Source: an uncultured Thermoanaerobaculia bacterium (GTDB lineage: Bacteria > Acidobacteriota > Thermoanaerobaculia > Multivoradales > SZUA-115). From it: a stretch of 64,000 nt of DNA. The stretch covers positions 74,793-138,792 of the forward strand of contig CAYQRE010000006.1 in the NCBI GenBank assembly GCA_964420075.1, written 5' to 3'. The translations under genes were made by a program, and so were the position numbers. Position 1 is the stretch's first letter. Every line of letters begins with the position of its first letter. This document shows positions 9,203-19,789 of this stretch, in pieces. Below the pieces are notes generated by a model that was not told the DNA's origin, searched no databases, and saw only the letters and a list, made by a program, of their open reading frames with translations.

Positions 9203-10765
9203 TCAAGGCAGCGCGATCGCCGGCGCCTGCGGCCACCTGGCAAGGAAGCCGGCAGCGGCCTCGCTCGCCGTCATTCCAGGCGCCGCTGGCCACTGCGCGG
9301 CGGCGAGGGCTCGCAGCTCGTCGACGCGCAAGCCGTGCTCGCGGCCTCGCTGGAAGAAGGCGCGGAGGATGGCCTCGAAAGCCGCGTCCGACCCTGTTGG
9401 GCCGCCGCGGAGGGCTCGGCGCAGCTCTTCGAGGGCGAGGCCAGCCTTGGCGGCGAGGAGGTCGCCAACGACCGCGGATGGGGTGGCCGCCGCCGCTTCC
9501 GCGTGCGCCCGGCGGGCGAGCTCGGGAAGCGCCAGATCGGCGAGCGGTGACGCGGCCACGTACGCGCTGGCTCGCTGCCAGTGTGCGGCTCCTGCCTCCG
9601 GCCCGCTGAGGTGCTCCGCGCAAAGTGCCGCGGAGAGCTCTGCCAAGCCCTCGACCAACCAATCGTCCTCCGCCGACGCGGCAGGCGCGCCAAGCCCCCA
9701 CCACTGGCGCGCCAGCTCGCTGACTGCGCCGCGGGGGAAGCGGTCTTCATTGCCGCTCGCCGGCAGCACCACGACGCTCGGTAGGGAGCTCGCGGGGCGG
9801 GCCTCCGCGCTCCGCACGACCACCAGCCGCTCGAGGGGTAGCGGTCCTAGCACGCTCGCCAGCCAGCCGCCGGCGGCGCTCAGCTCCTCGGGTGCTAGCA
9901 ACCGGCGGGGCGGCGGACTGCTTCCCTGCGCCTGTGGGCGGCTCACCGATTGCGCGCCCGTGAACTCTCCTCCGCCGCTCACCGGCACCTGGATGCCCGT
10001 CGCGGAGCTGCCGCGACGACCGCCCCCATCCGCCCACGCGAAGCCGCCGGCACCCGGTGTGGCGTCCCGCGAAGAGAGCGAATGCGCTGCCCCTGGGGCC
10101 TGCAGCTCGCCCACGACGAGCCCGGAGCGAGGGTCGCGGCTCGGAACGTAGGTCCAGGAACCGATCAGCAGCACACCTCCCGCACCCCCGCGGCGGATCT
10201 CTTGCTTCCAACGCACCTGCTGCCCGTCGCGCTCCTTGCCGAGAAGGCGGTCGGGGCCAAGAAGCCGGGTACCGAAGAGGGTCAGGACCTCGAGACTGAA
10301 TCGCGGCTGAGTAGTCTCGGGGAGAAACCGCGGGTACCAAAGGTCCTCTGGGCCGGCGACCCAGACCCTCCTGTCGAGCTTCCTCAGGACCTTGTCCACC
10401 CGGTAGGCGAAGCGTAGGGTGAGGTCGGTATTCGGCTCGACCAGGGTCGGCAGTGTCACCTCGCACTCCCCTGAGGCCGCGCAGCGGGGGTTGAGCTCGT
10501 GCCCGCCCCTGGGCTCGACGAGCTTCACCGTCAGCCTCTTGGTCTGCGCTGCGAGACGAAAGGCAAGGGTCTGAGCCTGGATCGCTGCCCGCAGCCGCAC
10601 GTCACCGCTGACCTCCAGGCCGTCCTTGCCGCGGACCTGCACTTCGAGCTGGTAGTCGAGGGCGGATGCGGCCGCCGCGTCCGGCGTCGCCGGCACATCC
10701 GCGACAGCTGGGCGCACCGCAGCGAGGAGGAGCATCGGGATCGTGAAGGAGGTGAGAAGGTTCAT
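9203..10765 (-). CDS. Secreted protein with a degenerate (probably inactive) M1/gluzincin peptidase-like domain
   Basis: Trimmed to the internal Met 'MNLLTSFTIPMLLLAAVRPAVA' (signal peptide) of ORF 9203..10873. 'AVSELARQWWGLG…DDWLVEGLAELS' aligns with the M1 motif HExxHxW…WLNEGFA, but both His zinc ligands are replaced (SExxR). The middle third is low-complexity. Confidence 0.5.
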   Translation of the reverse strand: MNLLTSFTIPMLLLAAVRPAVADVPATPDAAAASALDYQLEVQVRGKDGLEVSGDVRLRAAIQAQTLAFRLAAQTKRLTVKLVEPRGGHELNPRCAASGECEVTLPTLVEPNTDLTLRFAYRVDKVLRKLDRRVWVAGPEDLWYPRFLPETTQPRFSLEVLTLFGTRLLGPDRLLGKERDGQQVRWKQEIRRGGAGGVLLIGSWTYVPSRDPRSGLVVGELQAPGAAHSLSSRDATPGAGGFAWADGGGRRGSSATGIQVPVSGGGEFTGAQSVSRPQAQGSSPPPRRLLAPEELSAAGGWLASVLGPLPLERLVVVRSAEARPASSLPSVVVLPASGNEDRFPRGAVSELARQWWGLGAPAASAEDDWLVEGLAELSAALCAEHLSGPEAGAAHWQRASAYVAASPLADLALPELARRAHAEAAAATPSAVVGDLLAAKAGLALEELRRALRGGPTGSDAAFEAILRAFFQRGREHGLRVDELRALAAAQWPAAPGMTASEAAAGFLARWPQAPAIALP

Positions 10766-10956
10766 CGGCAGAGCCTCTCTCTGGCCAAACAGACATCCGA
10801 GCCGTGCAGGAAGCCGCTCGTTGCGCAAGGACTCTACCAAGGACCCGGTTGGATTCGAACCACAGGGGCCCACAGCAGCTCGCCGCCGGCCGATCCAGGG
10901 GGGCAGGCGCGCCCGTAGAAGCCGATGTCGAGCGCCTGCGAAAGGAGCCCCCTACG

Positions 10957-11946
10957 ATGCCGTCCGTCCACCGCCGCCCCAGCTGGTACCTCCCCGAGCG
11001 GCTCGCCACCCCGGAAGCCGTGTTCGTCAACCGCCGCGAGATCCTCGCCGGGCTCGGCCTGGGGGCGCTCGCCTTCTCGCTGCCGCAGCTCGCCTGCGCC
11101 GCCACGCCACCGCCGGCGAGCATGCTCGCGCCGGCGGTCGGCGGGCGCTTCAAGGAGCGCTTCCCGGCCAAGCGCAACCCCGCTTTCAGCTATGGGGACG
11201 ACCGCGCGCAGACCGCCGAGGAGATCGCCGGGGGCTACAACAACTTCTACGAGTTCACCACCACCAAAGACGAGGTATGGAAGCTCGCCCAGGGCTACCA
11301 GGTCGATCCCTGGACGGTCGACGTCAAGGGCCTGGTGAAAAAGCCCTTCACCCTCGACCTCGACGCGCTGTTCAGCCGCTTTCCCTTGGAGGAGCGCCTC
11401 TACCGCCATCGCTGCGTCGAGGCCTGGGCGATGCAGGTCCCGTGGACGGGCTTCCCGCTGCGCGCCCTGATCGACGCCTGCGAGCCCCTGTCGACGGCCA
11501 AGTACGTGCGCTTCCTGAGCTTCCTCGACCGCAAGGGCCTGCCCGGCCAGAAGGAGGCCAGCTGGTACCGCTGGCCCTACTACGAGGCGCTGCGCCTCGA
11601 CGAGGCGCGCAACGAGCTGGCCTTCGTGGTGGTGGGTAGCTACGGCCACCCACTGCCGATGCAGCACGGCGCGCCGCTGCGCTTGGCGATCCCATGGAAG
11701 TACGGCTACAAGAGCCCGAAGTCGATCGTCGAGATCGTGCTCACCGACGAGCTGCCGGCGACCTTCTGGAACGACAGCGAGCCCAACGAGTACGGCTTCT
11801 TCTCGAACGTCGACCCCAAGCGGCCTCATCCCCGTTGGAGCCAGGCCACCGAGCGGGACATCGGCACCGGCCAGCGCCGCCTCACCCTGCCCTACAACGG
11901 CTACAGCGAGCAGGTGGCGGCGATGTACACCGGCAAGGAATATTGA
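10957..11946 (+). CDS. msrP: Protein-methionine-sulfoxide reductase catalytic subunit MsrP (YedY-type molybdoenzyme)
   Basis: Internal ATG 'MPSVHRR'. Twin-arginine signal 'NRREILAGLGLGALAF'. Strong end-to-end similarity to E. coli MsrP ('GYNNFYEF', 'RCVEAWAMQVPWTGFPL', 'PWKYGYKSPKSIVEI', 'HPRWSQATER'). Confidence 0.9.
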   Translation: MPSVHRRPSWYLPERLATPEAVFVNRREILAGLGLGALAFSLPQLACAATPPPASMLAPAVGGRFKERFPAKRNPAFSYGDDRAQTAEEIAGGYNNFYEFTTTKDEVWKLAQGYQVDPWTVDVKGLVKKPFTLDLDALFSRFPLEERLYRHRCVEAWAMQVPWTGFPLRALIDACEPLSTAKYVRFLSFLDRKGLPGQKEASWYRWPYYEALRLDEARNELAFVVVGSYGHPLPMQHGAPLRLAIPWKYGYKSPKSIVEIVLTDELPATFWNDSEPNEYGFFSNVDPKRPHPRWSQATERDIGTGQRRLTLPYNGYSEQVAAMYTGKEY

Positions 11947-12004
11947 CGTCGAGACGGGTTGACGGCAGACAGGGCGGGTTTCAAACCCGCCCCCAAACCC
12001 GCCC

Positions 12005-14164
<2,160 letters not shown>

Positions 14165-14261
14165 GGCAGACCTCCGCGAGCGATGGGCTGCTGAAGGATA
14201 GCGCGAGGCCGCCGGGGCGGCGGACTCTCGCCTGCCGGAGGTCGCCGGCCGGGTCGCCAGC

Positions 14262-15494
14262 TCAAGGCCCGGGCACTGGATAGGGAGTGCCGAGCAAGAC
14301 CCAGTCGGGCACGCAGTAGACCGTCTCGCTTAGTCGTTGGACGGCGGATCCACGGTAGACGACGACGCCGCCGCGATACTTCTCGCCTAAGAGCCCGCGG
14401 GCCCGCTCGATGCGTCTGGCGTCCCGTTCCTGGACCGTCGCCCGCGACTTGAGCTCGCAAGCCACGATGCCACCATCCTCCCCTTCCAAGAGAAGGTTGA
14501 TCTCCAGGCCGCCGGCTGTGCGCAGGTAGCTGGCGTTGAAGCGGACCCCCAGGCTCCACAACGTGGTCAGGATCTGGGCCGTGATCAGGTTCTCGTACTG
14601 CTCGCCACTCAGCCCGGACACCTGCCCGGAGAGTGCTCGCTGCACCCCGGCATCGACCCAGATCAGCTTGGGTGCCTTGATCAACCGAGCACCGGCGTTG
14701 GTGGACCAGGGAGGCAGCCGCAGGCTCTGGTACGAGAGCTCCAGATAGCGCAGGTAGCGCCTGACGCTGGTCACCGGCAGCGAGGCGTCGCGCGCCAGGT
14801 CGGCAAGGTCCCGCTGCAGATGGGACTGCTGGTAGGAGTCGAGCCAGGGCAGCCGTTCTGCGGGAGGGTACTCGAGCTGGGGGGGCATGCCCCCCAGCGG
14901 GTGAGATGGTCCACGCAAGCCCCGGCGGCCCCAGCCTCGGGACCCACGACACCACTCGTCAGTGGCGAAGGCATCTCGCCGAAGCTGCCAGGAGCCAGGA
15001 GCCGGGCGAGGACTGGAGGCACCAGAGGACCTGCCGCGAAGAAGGGCGCCAGCTCCGCGACGGTCAGTGGCCAAAGCTCCTGGAGGAAGACCCTACCGGC
15101 GAGCGTCTCCCGGACCTTCTCGAGCAGCAGGATGCGGGATGAGCCGAGGAGCGCCGGATCTACCGTCCTCGCCCAGCCGTCCTCGCCCAGCCGTCCTCGC
15201 CCAGCCTTCCGCCGGAACGCCGCGTCGCCGGTCGCTCTCCCCAGGCGAGTCGAGGTTCAGATAGCGCAGCTCGCGGCCGTAGGTGGCACGGGCGAGAGTG
15301 GTCTTGCCCACCTGGCAGGCACCGGTGAGGACCGCCAGGCGCCGCGGACCCGTGGGCCGTGGCAGACGGGAGGCCAGGAAGCGCTCAAGCACCACAGAAA
15401 CCTGGCTAGTCGACCATGTAGTGGTCAAATTACCCTGCAAATCGACCAAGCAACGGTCGATCTGCAGGGTTGAGCTACCTCTCGGGACGCTCAT
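14262..15494 (-). pseudogene. Degraded AAA+ ATPase gene (AAA_14 + DUF4143 family), with frameshifts and an internal deletion
   Basis: N-terminal piece (ORF 15093..15494) carries the P-loop 'LAVLTGACQVGKTTLA…YLNLDSP'. A second frame carries 'RILLLEKVRETLAGRVFLQELWPLTVAEL'. A third frame (ORF 14262..15074) carries the DUF4143 body 'LPWLDSYQQSHLQRDLADL…LPPWSTNAGARLIKAPKLIWVDAGV'. The Walker-B segment between P-loop and 'LLLEK' is missing, and a 3×14-bp tandem repeat sits at the junction. Confidence 0.7.
15163..15204. repeat. Perfect tandem repeat, 3 × 14 bp (CCGTCCTCGCCCAG) inside the DUF4143 pseudogene
   Basis: Read directly from the sequence, with a partial fourth copy. A 14-bp unit shifts the reading frame per copy. 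Confidence 0.9.
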
Positions 15495-16179
15495 CCGCGA
15501 ACCAGACCGCCACCTCTTCGAGGCCCTTGCGGCGCAGGTCGGGCACCTGGACGTCGGCGGCGGGATAGCCGACCGGGAAGAGGATCGCCGGCTTCTCGTT
15601 GGCGGGGCGGCCGAGGATCTCGCTCAGGAAACCCATCGGGCTCGGGGTGTGGGTGAGGGTGCACAGGCCCATATGGTGGAGGGCGGCGACGAAGAGGCCG
15701 CAGGCGATGCCGACGCTCTCCGGGGTGTAGTAGTTCTTGCGCCGGCTGCCGTCGGGATTGAGCCCGTAGCGTTCCTCGAAGACCACGACGATCCACGGCA
15801 CGACCTCGAGGTAGGGCTTCTCCCAGGTGGTGCCGAGGGGCGCCAAGGCCTCCAGCCAGTCCGGCGGCATGCGCCCGCCGAGGTAGGACTTCTTCTCCTC
15901 GGCCTCGGCCGCGATGCGAATGCGCTGCTTGGTCCCCGGCTCGCTCACCGCGACGAACCGCCAGGGCTGGCGGTGGGCGCCGGAGGGCGCCGTCGAGGCG
16001 GTGCGGATGGCGAGCTCGATGAGCTCGCGGGGCACGGGGTCGGCGGAGAAGTACCGGACGCTGCGCCGGCGGTCCATCTCCTGGTAGAACTCGCTCGCTC
16101 TGGCCCGCATCTCGGCGGTGGGCCGCCGGGTGAACGGATAGGGCACGAAGCGCGGCGCCGGAACTCGCTCGCGGCTCAT
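15475..16179 (-). CDS. Nitroreductase-superfamily flavoprotein (iodotyrosine deiodinase-like)
   Basis: Internal ATG 'MSRERVPAPRF…' of ORF 15475..16842. 'RRSVRYFSADPVP…APSGAHRQPWRFVAV' is the FMN-binding signature of nitroreductase/IYD-type proteins. 234 aa. Overlaps the upstream decarboxylase by 4 nt. Confidence 0.75.
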   Translation of the reverse strand: MSRERVPAPRFVPYPFTRRPTAEMRARASEFYQEMDRRRSVRYFSADPVPRELIELAIRTASTAPSGAHRQPWRFVAVSEPGTKQRIRIAAEAEEKKSYLGGRMPPDWLEALAPLGTTWEKPYLEVVPWIVVVFEERYGLNPDGSRRKNYYTPESVGIACGLFVAALHHMGLCTLTHTPSPMGFLSEILGRPANEKPAILFPVGYPAADVQVPDLRRKGLEEVAVWFADERPER

Positions 16180-17639
16180 CGGGCGGCCTCCGCGGCCAGC
16201 GTTGCGCGCAGCGAGGCTGCCGCCTCGGCGATCTTCTGCCAGGCCGCGCGGAGGTGGCGCTCCTCCGTGCGCAGATTGCCCACCACCACCCGCAACACGA
16301 TCCGCCCGCCGAGCTTGCTGTGCGACAGGAAGGCGGTGCCATCGCGGTTGACCGCGGCGAGGACTTCCTCGTTGAGGCGGTCGTCGGCTTCGTCGCCCCG
16401 GCCGCTCAAGGCGCGGAAGGCGACGATCGCCAGGGTGATCGGCGCCGCCAGCTCGAAGCCCGGCTCCGCCTCCACCCAGGAGGCGACCAGGCGAGCGAGC
16501 CGTAGGTGCTCTTCGATGCGCGCTCGGATGCCCTCGACACCGAAGCTGCGCAGAACGATCCACAGCTTGAGCGAGCGGAAGCGGCGGCCGAGTTGAATGC
16601 CGTAGTCCATCAGGTGCGAGACCCCCGCCTCGGGGGTGCGCAGGTACTCGGGGAGGACCGAGAAGGACTGCTTCAGGAGCTCGGGGTCGCGCAGGAAGAG
16701 GAGCGAGCAGTCGATGGGCACGAAGAGCCATTTGTGGGCGTTGATCACCACGGCATCCGCCAGCTCCCACCCCGCAAACTGGGAGCGCAGGCGAGGTACC
16801 ACGGCGGCACCGCCGCCGTAGGCGGCATCGACGTGGAACCACAGGCCGTGCCGCCCGCAGATCGCCGCCACCTCGGCGAGAGGGTCGATCGCTCCCGTCG
16901 AGGTCGTGCCGGCCGTCGCCAGCACGGCGAGCGGACGCCGGCCCTCAGCGAGGTCGGCGTCGATCGCCGCCGCGAGGTCCTGCGGTCTCAGGCGGCAGTC
17001 GGCCCCGGTGGGCAGACGTCGTAGCTGGTCGAGACCCAGGCCGAGAGCGATCATCGCCTTGTCGACCGAGGAGTGCGCCTGGTCGGAGGTGTAGACGACG
17101 GCCCGTGGCAGCTCGGGATGGCCGAGGAGGCCGTGGCGGCGGACCTCCGGGTAGGCCCGTTCGCGCGCCGCGGCGAGCGACAGGAAGACGCTGATCGAGG
17201 CGGTGTCGTTGATGTGGCCGCGGAAGCTGGGATGCAGCCCGACCATCTGCCGCACCCAATCGCAGCTCACCTCTTCGAGCTCGGTGGCCGCTGGCGCCGT
17301 CCGCCACAGCATGGCGTTGACGTTGAGCGCGGCAGCCAGGGTCTCGCCGACGACCCCCGCCGCCGAGCCGCTGATCGCGATGTAGGCGAGGAAACCGGGG
17401 TGGTTCCAGTGGGTGAGGTTGGGCTCGATCAGGCCCTGGTAGTCGGCGAGGATCGTCGCCAGGGGCTCGGCGGCTTCCGGTGGCGAGGCGGGGAGGGCGG
17501 CGCGGACGGCACCGGGCTCCACGCGCGGGAGCACCGGGAAGCGTTCCATGCCGGTGAGATAGTCGGCTGCGAGGTCGGCCGCCCGGTGGAGGGCGGCCCG
17601 CAGCTCGTCGTCGGGCCAGTCGCCGGTGCGTCGCATCAC
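16176..17639 (-). CDS. PLP-dependent group II amino-acid decarboxylase (aromatic/tyrosine/DOPA decarboxylase-like)
   Basis: 487 aa. PLP-lysine motif 'VVINAHKWLFVPIDCS'. 'FHVDAAYGG' and the overall architecture match the group II decarboxylases. Confidence 0.8.
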   Translation of the reverse strand: MMRRTGDWPDDELRAALHRAADLAADYLTGMERFPVLPRVEPGAVRAALPASPPEAAEPLATILADYQGLIEPNLTHWNHPGFLAYIAISGSAAGVVGETLAAALNVNAMLWRTAPAATELEEVSCDWVRQMVGLHPSFRGHINDTASISVFLSLAAARERAYPEVRRHGLLGHPELPRAVVYTSDQAHSSVDKAMIALGLGLDQLRRLPTGADCRLRPQDLAAAIDADLAEGRRPLAVLATAGTTSTGAIDPLAEVAAICGRHGLWFHVDAAYGGGAAVVPRLRSQFAGWELADAVVINAHKWLFVPIDCSLLFLRDPELLKQSFSVLPEYLRTPEAGVSHLMDYGIQLGRRFRSLKLWIVLRSFGVEGIRARIEEHLRLARLVASWVEAEPGFELAAPITLAIVAFRALSGRGDEADDRLNEEVLAAVNRDGTAFLSHSKLGGRIVLRVVVGNLRTEERHLRAAWQKIAEAAASLRATLAAEAAR

Positions 17640-17723
17640 GCCCTGCAGTTTCTCACAGGCGTTCGGCGGCGAAACCAGCCGGGGCAGGCCCAGCGGCCTG
17701 CCCCGTGCGGAGGCATGTCGGCG

Positions 17724-18782
17724 CTAGCGACCTGCTTCGCGGGTCAGCTCGTCGTCGATGATGTTGGTGAAGTCCTGCAGCCCGGCGGCACCGGAGACCA
17801 TGCGCCCGTTGATGAACGTGGCCGGCGTGCCCGACACGCCCACCTTCTGGCCGTCGGCGATGTCCTCGGCCACCTTCTGGGCGTACTTGCTGGAGTCGAG
17901 GCACTGGTTGAACTGGTCGGCGTTGAGGCCCATCCCCGCCGCCCGCGCCTTCAGCTGATCGACCCCCAGCTCCTGCTGGTTGCCGAACATCGCGTCGTGC
18001 ATCTCCCAGAACTTGCCCTGCTCGTTGGCGCACAGCGAGGCCTCGGCGGCCTTCTGGGCGAAGGGATGGAAGGAGAGCGGGAACTGCCGAAAGGCGAACC
18101 GCACCTTGTCGCCGTACTTGGCCACCACCTCATGGAGAGTGGGAGCGACGCGGCTGCAGTAGGGGCACTGGAAGTCCGAGAACTCGATGATCGTCACCGG
18201 AGCGTTGGCCGGGCCCTTGGTGGGCGCGCCGGCGATCTCCACCTTCTCGCGCGGGGGCTCGAGGAGGACCTTCACCTTGTGCTTCTGCTTCAGGCTGCCG
18301 AGGAAGGCCTCGCGGGCCTCACCGGTGCGCTGCTGCTCCAGGAAGGCCTTGATCTGGCTCACCACCTGCTCCTTGGGCTGCCGCACGCGGGCCTTGTTCT
18401 CCTCGTACCAGGCGTCGACGTCGGCGTCGGTCACCTGGGCGACCTTGCCATCGACCTCGGCGGCCATCAGGTCCTCCGCCTTCATGCCCCGGCTCGCCGC
18501 CTCAGCCTCTACCAGGCGGTCTTCGATCAGCTGCCCAAGCACGCCCTCGAGGATCTTCTGCCGCTGCGCCTCGATCTGCTTGAGCTGCGGGGCCGCGGCC
18601 GCTTCGAGGTCGGCCTGGGTCACGGGCTTGCCGTCGACCTCGGCCACCACGGAGGGGGCCGGCTTGGCCTCGGCGCCGCCGCCCTGGGCCGAGCAGGCCG
18701 GCAGCAGGCCGACGGTCATGGCCAGAATGGCACCGAGGGCCAGGCCGCGGGAGAGCGTCTGGAAATGGGTTTTGGCGTTCAT
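17724..18782 (-). CDS. DsbA-family thiol:disulfide oxidoreductase lipoprotein
   Basis: Internal ATG 'MNAKTHFQTLSRGLALGAILAMTVGLLPACSA' (lipobox). Thioredoxin active site 'FQCPYC'. C-terminal DsbA-like helical insert. Confidence 0.8.
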   Translation of the reverse strand: MNAKTHFQTLSRGLALGAILAMTVGLLPACSAQGGGAEAKPAPSVVAEVDGKPVTQADLEAAAAPQLKQIEAQRQKILEGVLGQLIEDRLVEAEAASRGMKAEDLMAAEVDGKVAQVTDADVDAWYEENKARVRQPKEQVVSQIKAFLEQQRTGEAREAFLGSLKQKHKVKVLLEPPREKVEIAGAPTKGPANAPVTIIEFSDFQCPYCSRVAPTLHEVVAKYGDKVRFAFRQFPLSFHPFAQKAAEASLCANEQGKFWEMHDAMFGNQQELGVDQLKARAAGMGLNADQFNQCLDSSKYAQKVAEDIADGQKVGVSGTPATFINGRMVSGAAGLQDFTNIIDDELTREAGR

Positions 18783-18931
18783 CGCGTGCTCGACTCCTTC
18801 TTTGGTGCTGCGTTGTTGGAACTGGCAAGATCGCGACAAGCGGTGCGACTGGGTCCGATCTTGAGGCTCGCGCCGGCAGAGAGCAAGCCCCATGCCCGGC
18901 GCCGCTGCTAGCCGCGCCGGGCCTCTAGGGC

Positions 18932-19789
18932 TCAAACCGCCGCCAGCGACGGGCCGGCGAGATGCCGCGCAACGAGCCCCTCGAGGATGCGCTCCGCGCT
19001 GATCGAGCGCAGGCGTAGCGGCAAGGCATCGAGCAGCGCCGCGGCCAGGGCCAGCAGCCGGCGATTGAGCTCGCTCGGCAGCTCGCCCCGCCGTACGCTC
19101 TCGGTCACCATGGCGGCGGCGCTCGCCCACGGCCGGCTGGAGCGTGGATCGTCCCAATGACCCGCTCCCTCCTTGAGAGTGTCGGCTGCCGCCAGAAGGT
19201 AGACGCCGGCGCCGGTGGCGGCGAACCGGCGGACGCACTCGGCGAAGCGCTCGCTGGCGGCGGTGATCGCCGCCGCGTCGAGGCCTTCGGCAGCACCGAG
19301 ATACAGCGACAGAGAGCGGCTGCGCAGGGTGGCGAGGAGGTCCAACCGGGACGGTGCCAGCAGGAGGAAGTGCCGCGGCGAGGCGTCCGGGGGCTCTTCG
19401 AGGGTCTTCAGCAGGCTGTTGGCCGCCTCGGCGGTGAGCGTCTCGGCGTTGGCCACCACGAAGACCTGGCCCCGGGCCTCGAACGGCGAGACCTGCGCCA
19501 CCCGCAGCAGGGCCCGGGCGGACTCCACGGAGGTCGCCGTCTTGAGGTCGCGCTGGAGGACGTGGAAGTCAGGATGGAAGCGCTCGCCGGCCTCGCCGTC
19601 TGGCCAGAGGATGCGCCGGCAATGGCGGCAGTGGCCGCAAGGTCGTGCCGCCGGCGCCGCCTCACAGAGCAGAGCCCGGGCGAGGCTCACCGCCAGCTCG
19701 TTGCGCTCCTCCTGGGTGCCGCCGTGGAGGATCACCGACGGGTAGAGCTGGCCCCGGCGGACCAGGTTGATGGCTTCTTCGTGCTTCAC
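18932..19789 (-). CDS. holB: DNA polymerase III subunit delta-prime
   Basis: 285 aa. 'HGGTQEERNELAVSLARALLC…PCGHCRHCRRI' (degenerate P-loop plus zinc module) and 'SRLDLLATLRSRS' (sensor-2-like) are typical of HolB. Overlaps tmk by 4 nt. Confidence 0.8.
   Translation of the reverse strand: MKHEEAINLVRRGQLYPSVILHGGTQEERNELAVSLARALLCEAAPAARPCGHCRHCRRILWPDGEAGERFHPDFHVLQRDLKTATSVESARALLRVAQVSPFEARGQVFVVANAETLTAEAANSLLKTLEEPPDASPRHFLLLAPSRLDLLATLRSRSLSLYLGAAEGLDAAAITAASERFAECVRRFAATGAGVYLLAAADTLKEGAGHWDDPRSSRPWASAAAMVTESVRRGELPSELNRRLLALAAALLDALPLRLRSISAERILEGLVARHLAGPSLAAV

Noticed and set aside
8062-10151. Long ORFs 8062..9243 −, 8931..10151 + and 7983..8906 −
   Set aside because: They overlap the lipoprotein and M1-like genes in other frames, and their translations are homopolymer-like (R/A/G/P).
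10836-10876. tRNA gene
   Set aside because: Only the T-loop consensus is present. The arms cannot be assembled in canonical order. Reported instead as a tRNA-fragment scar.
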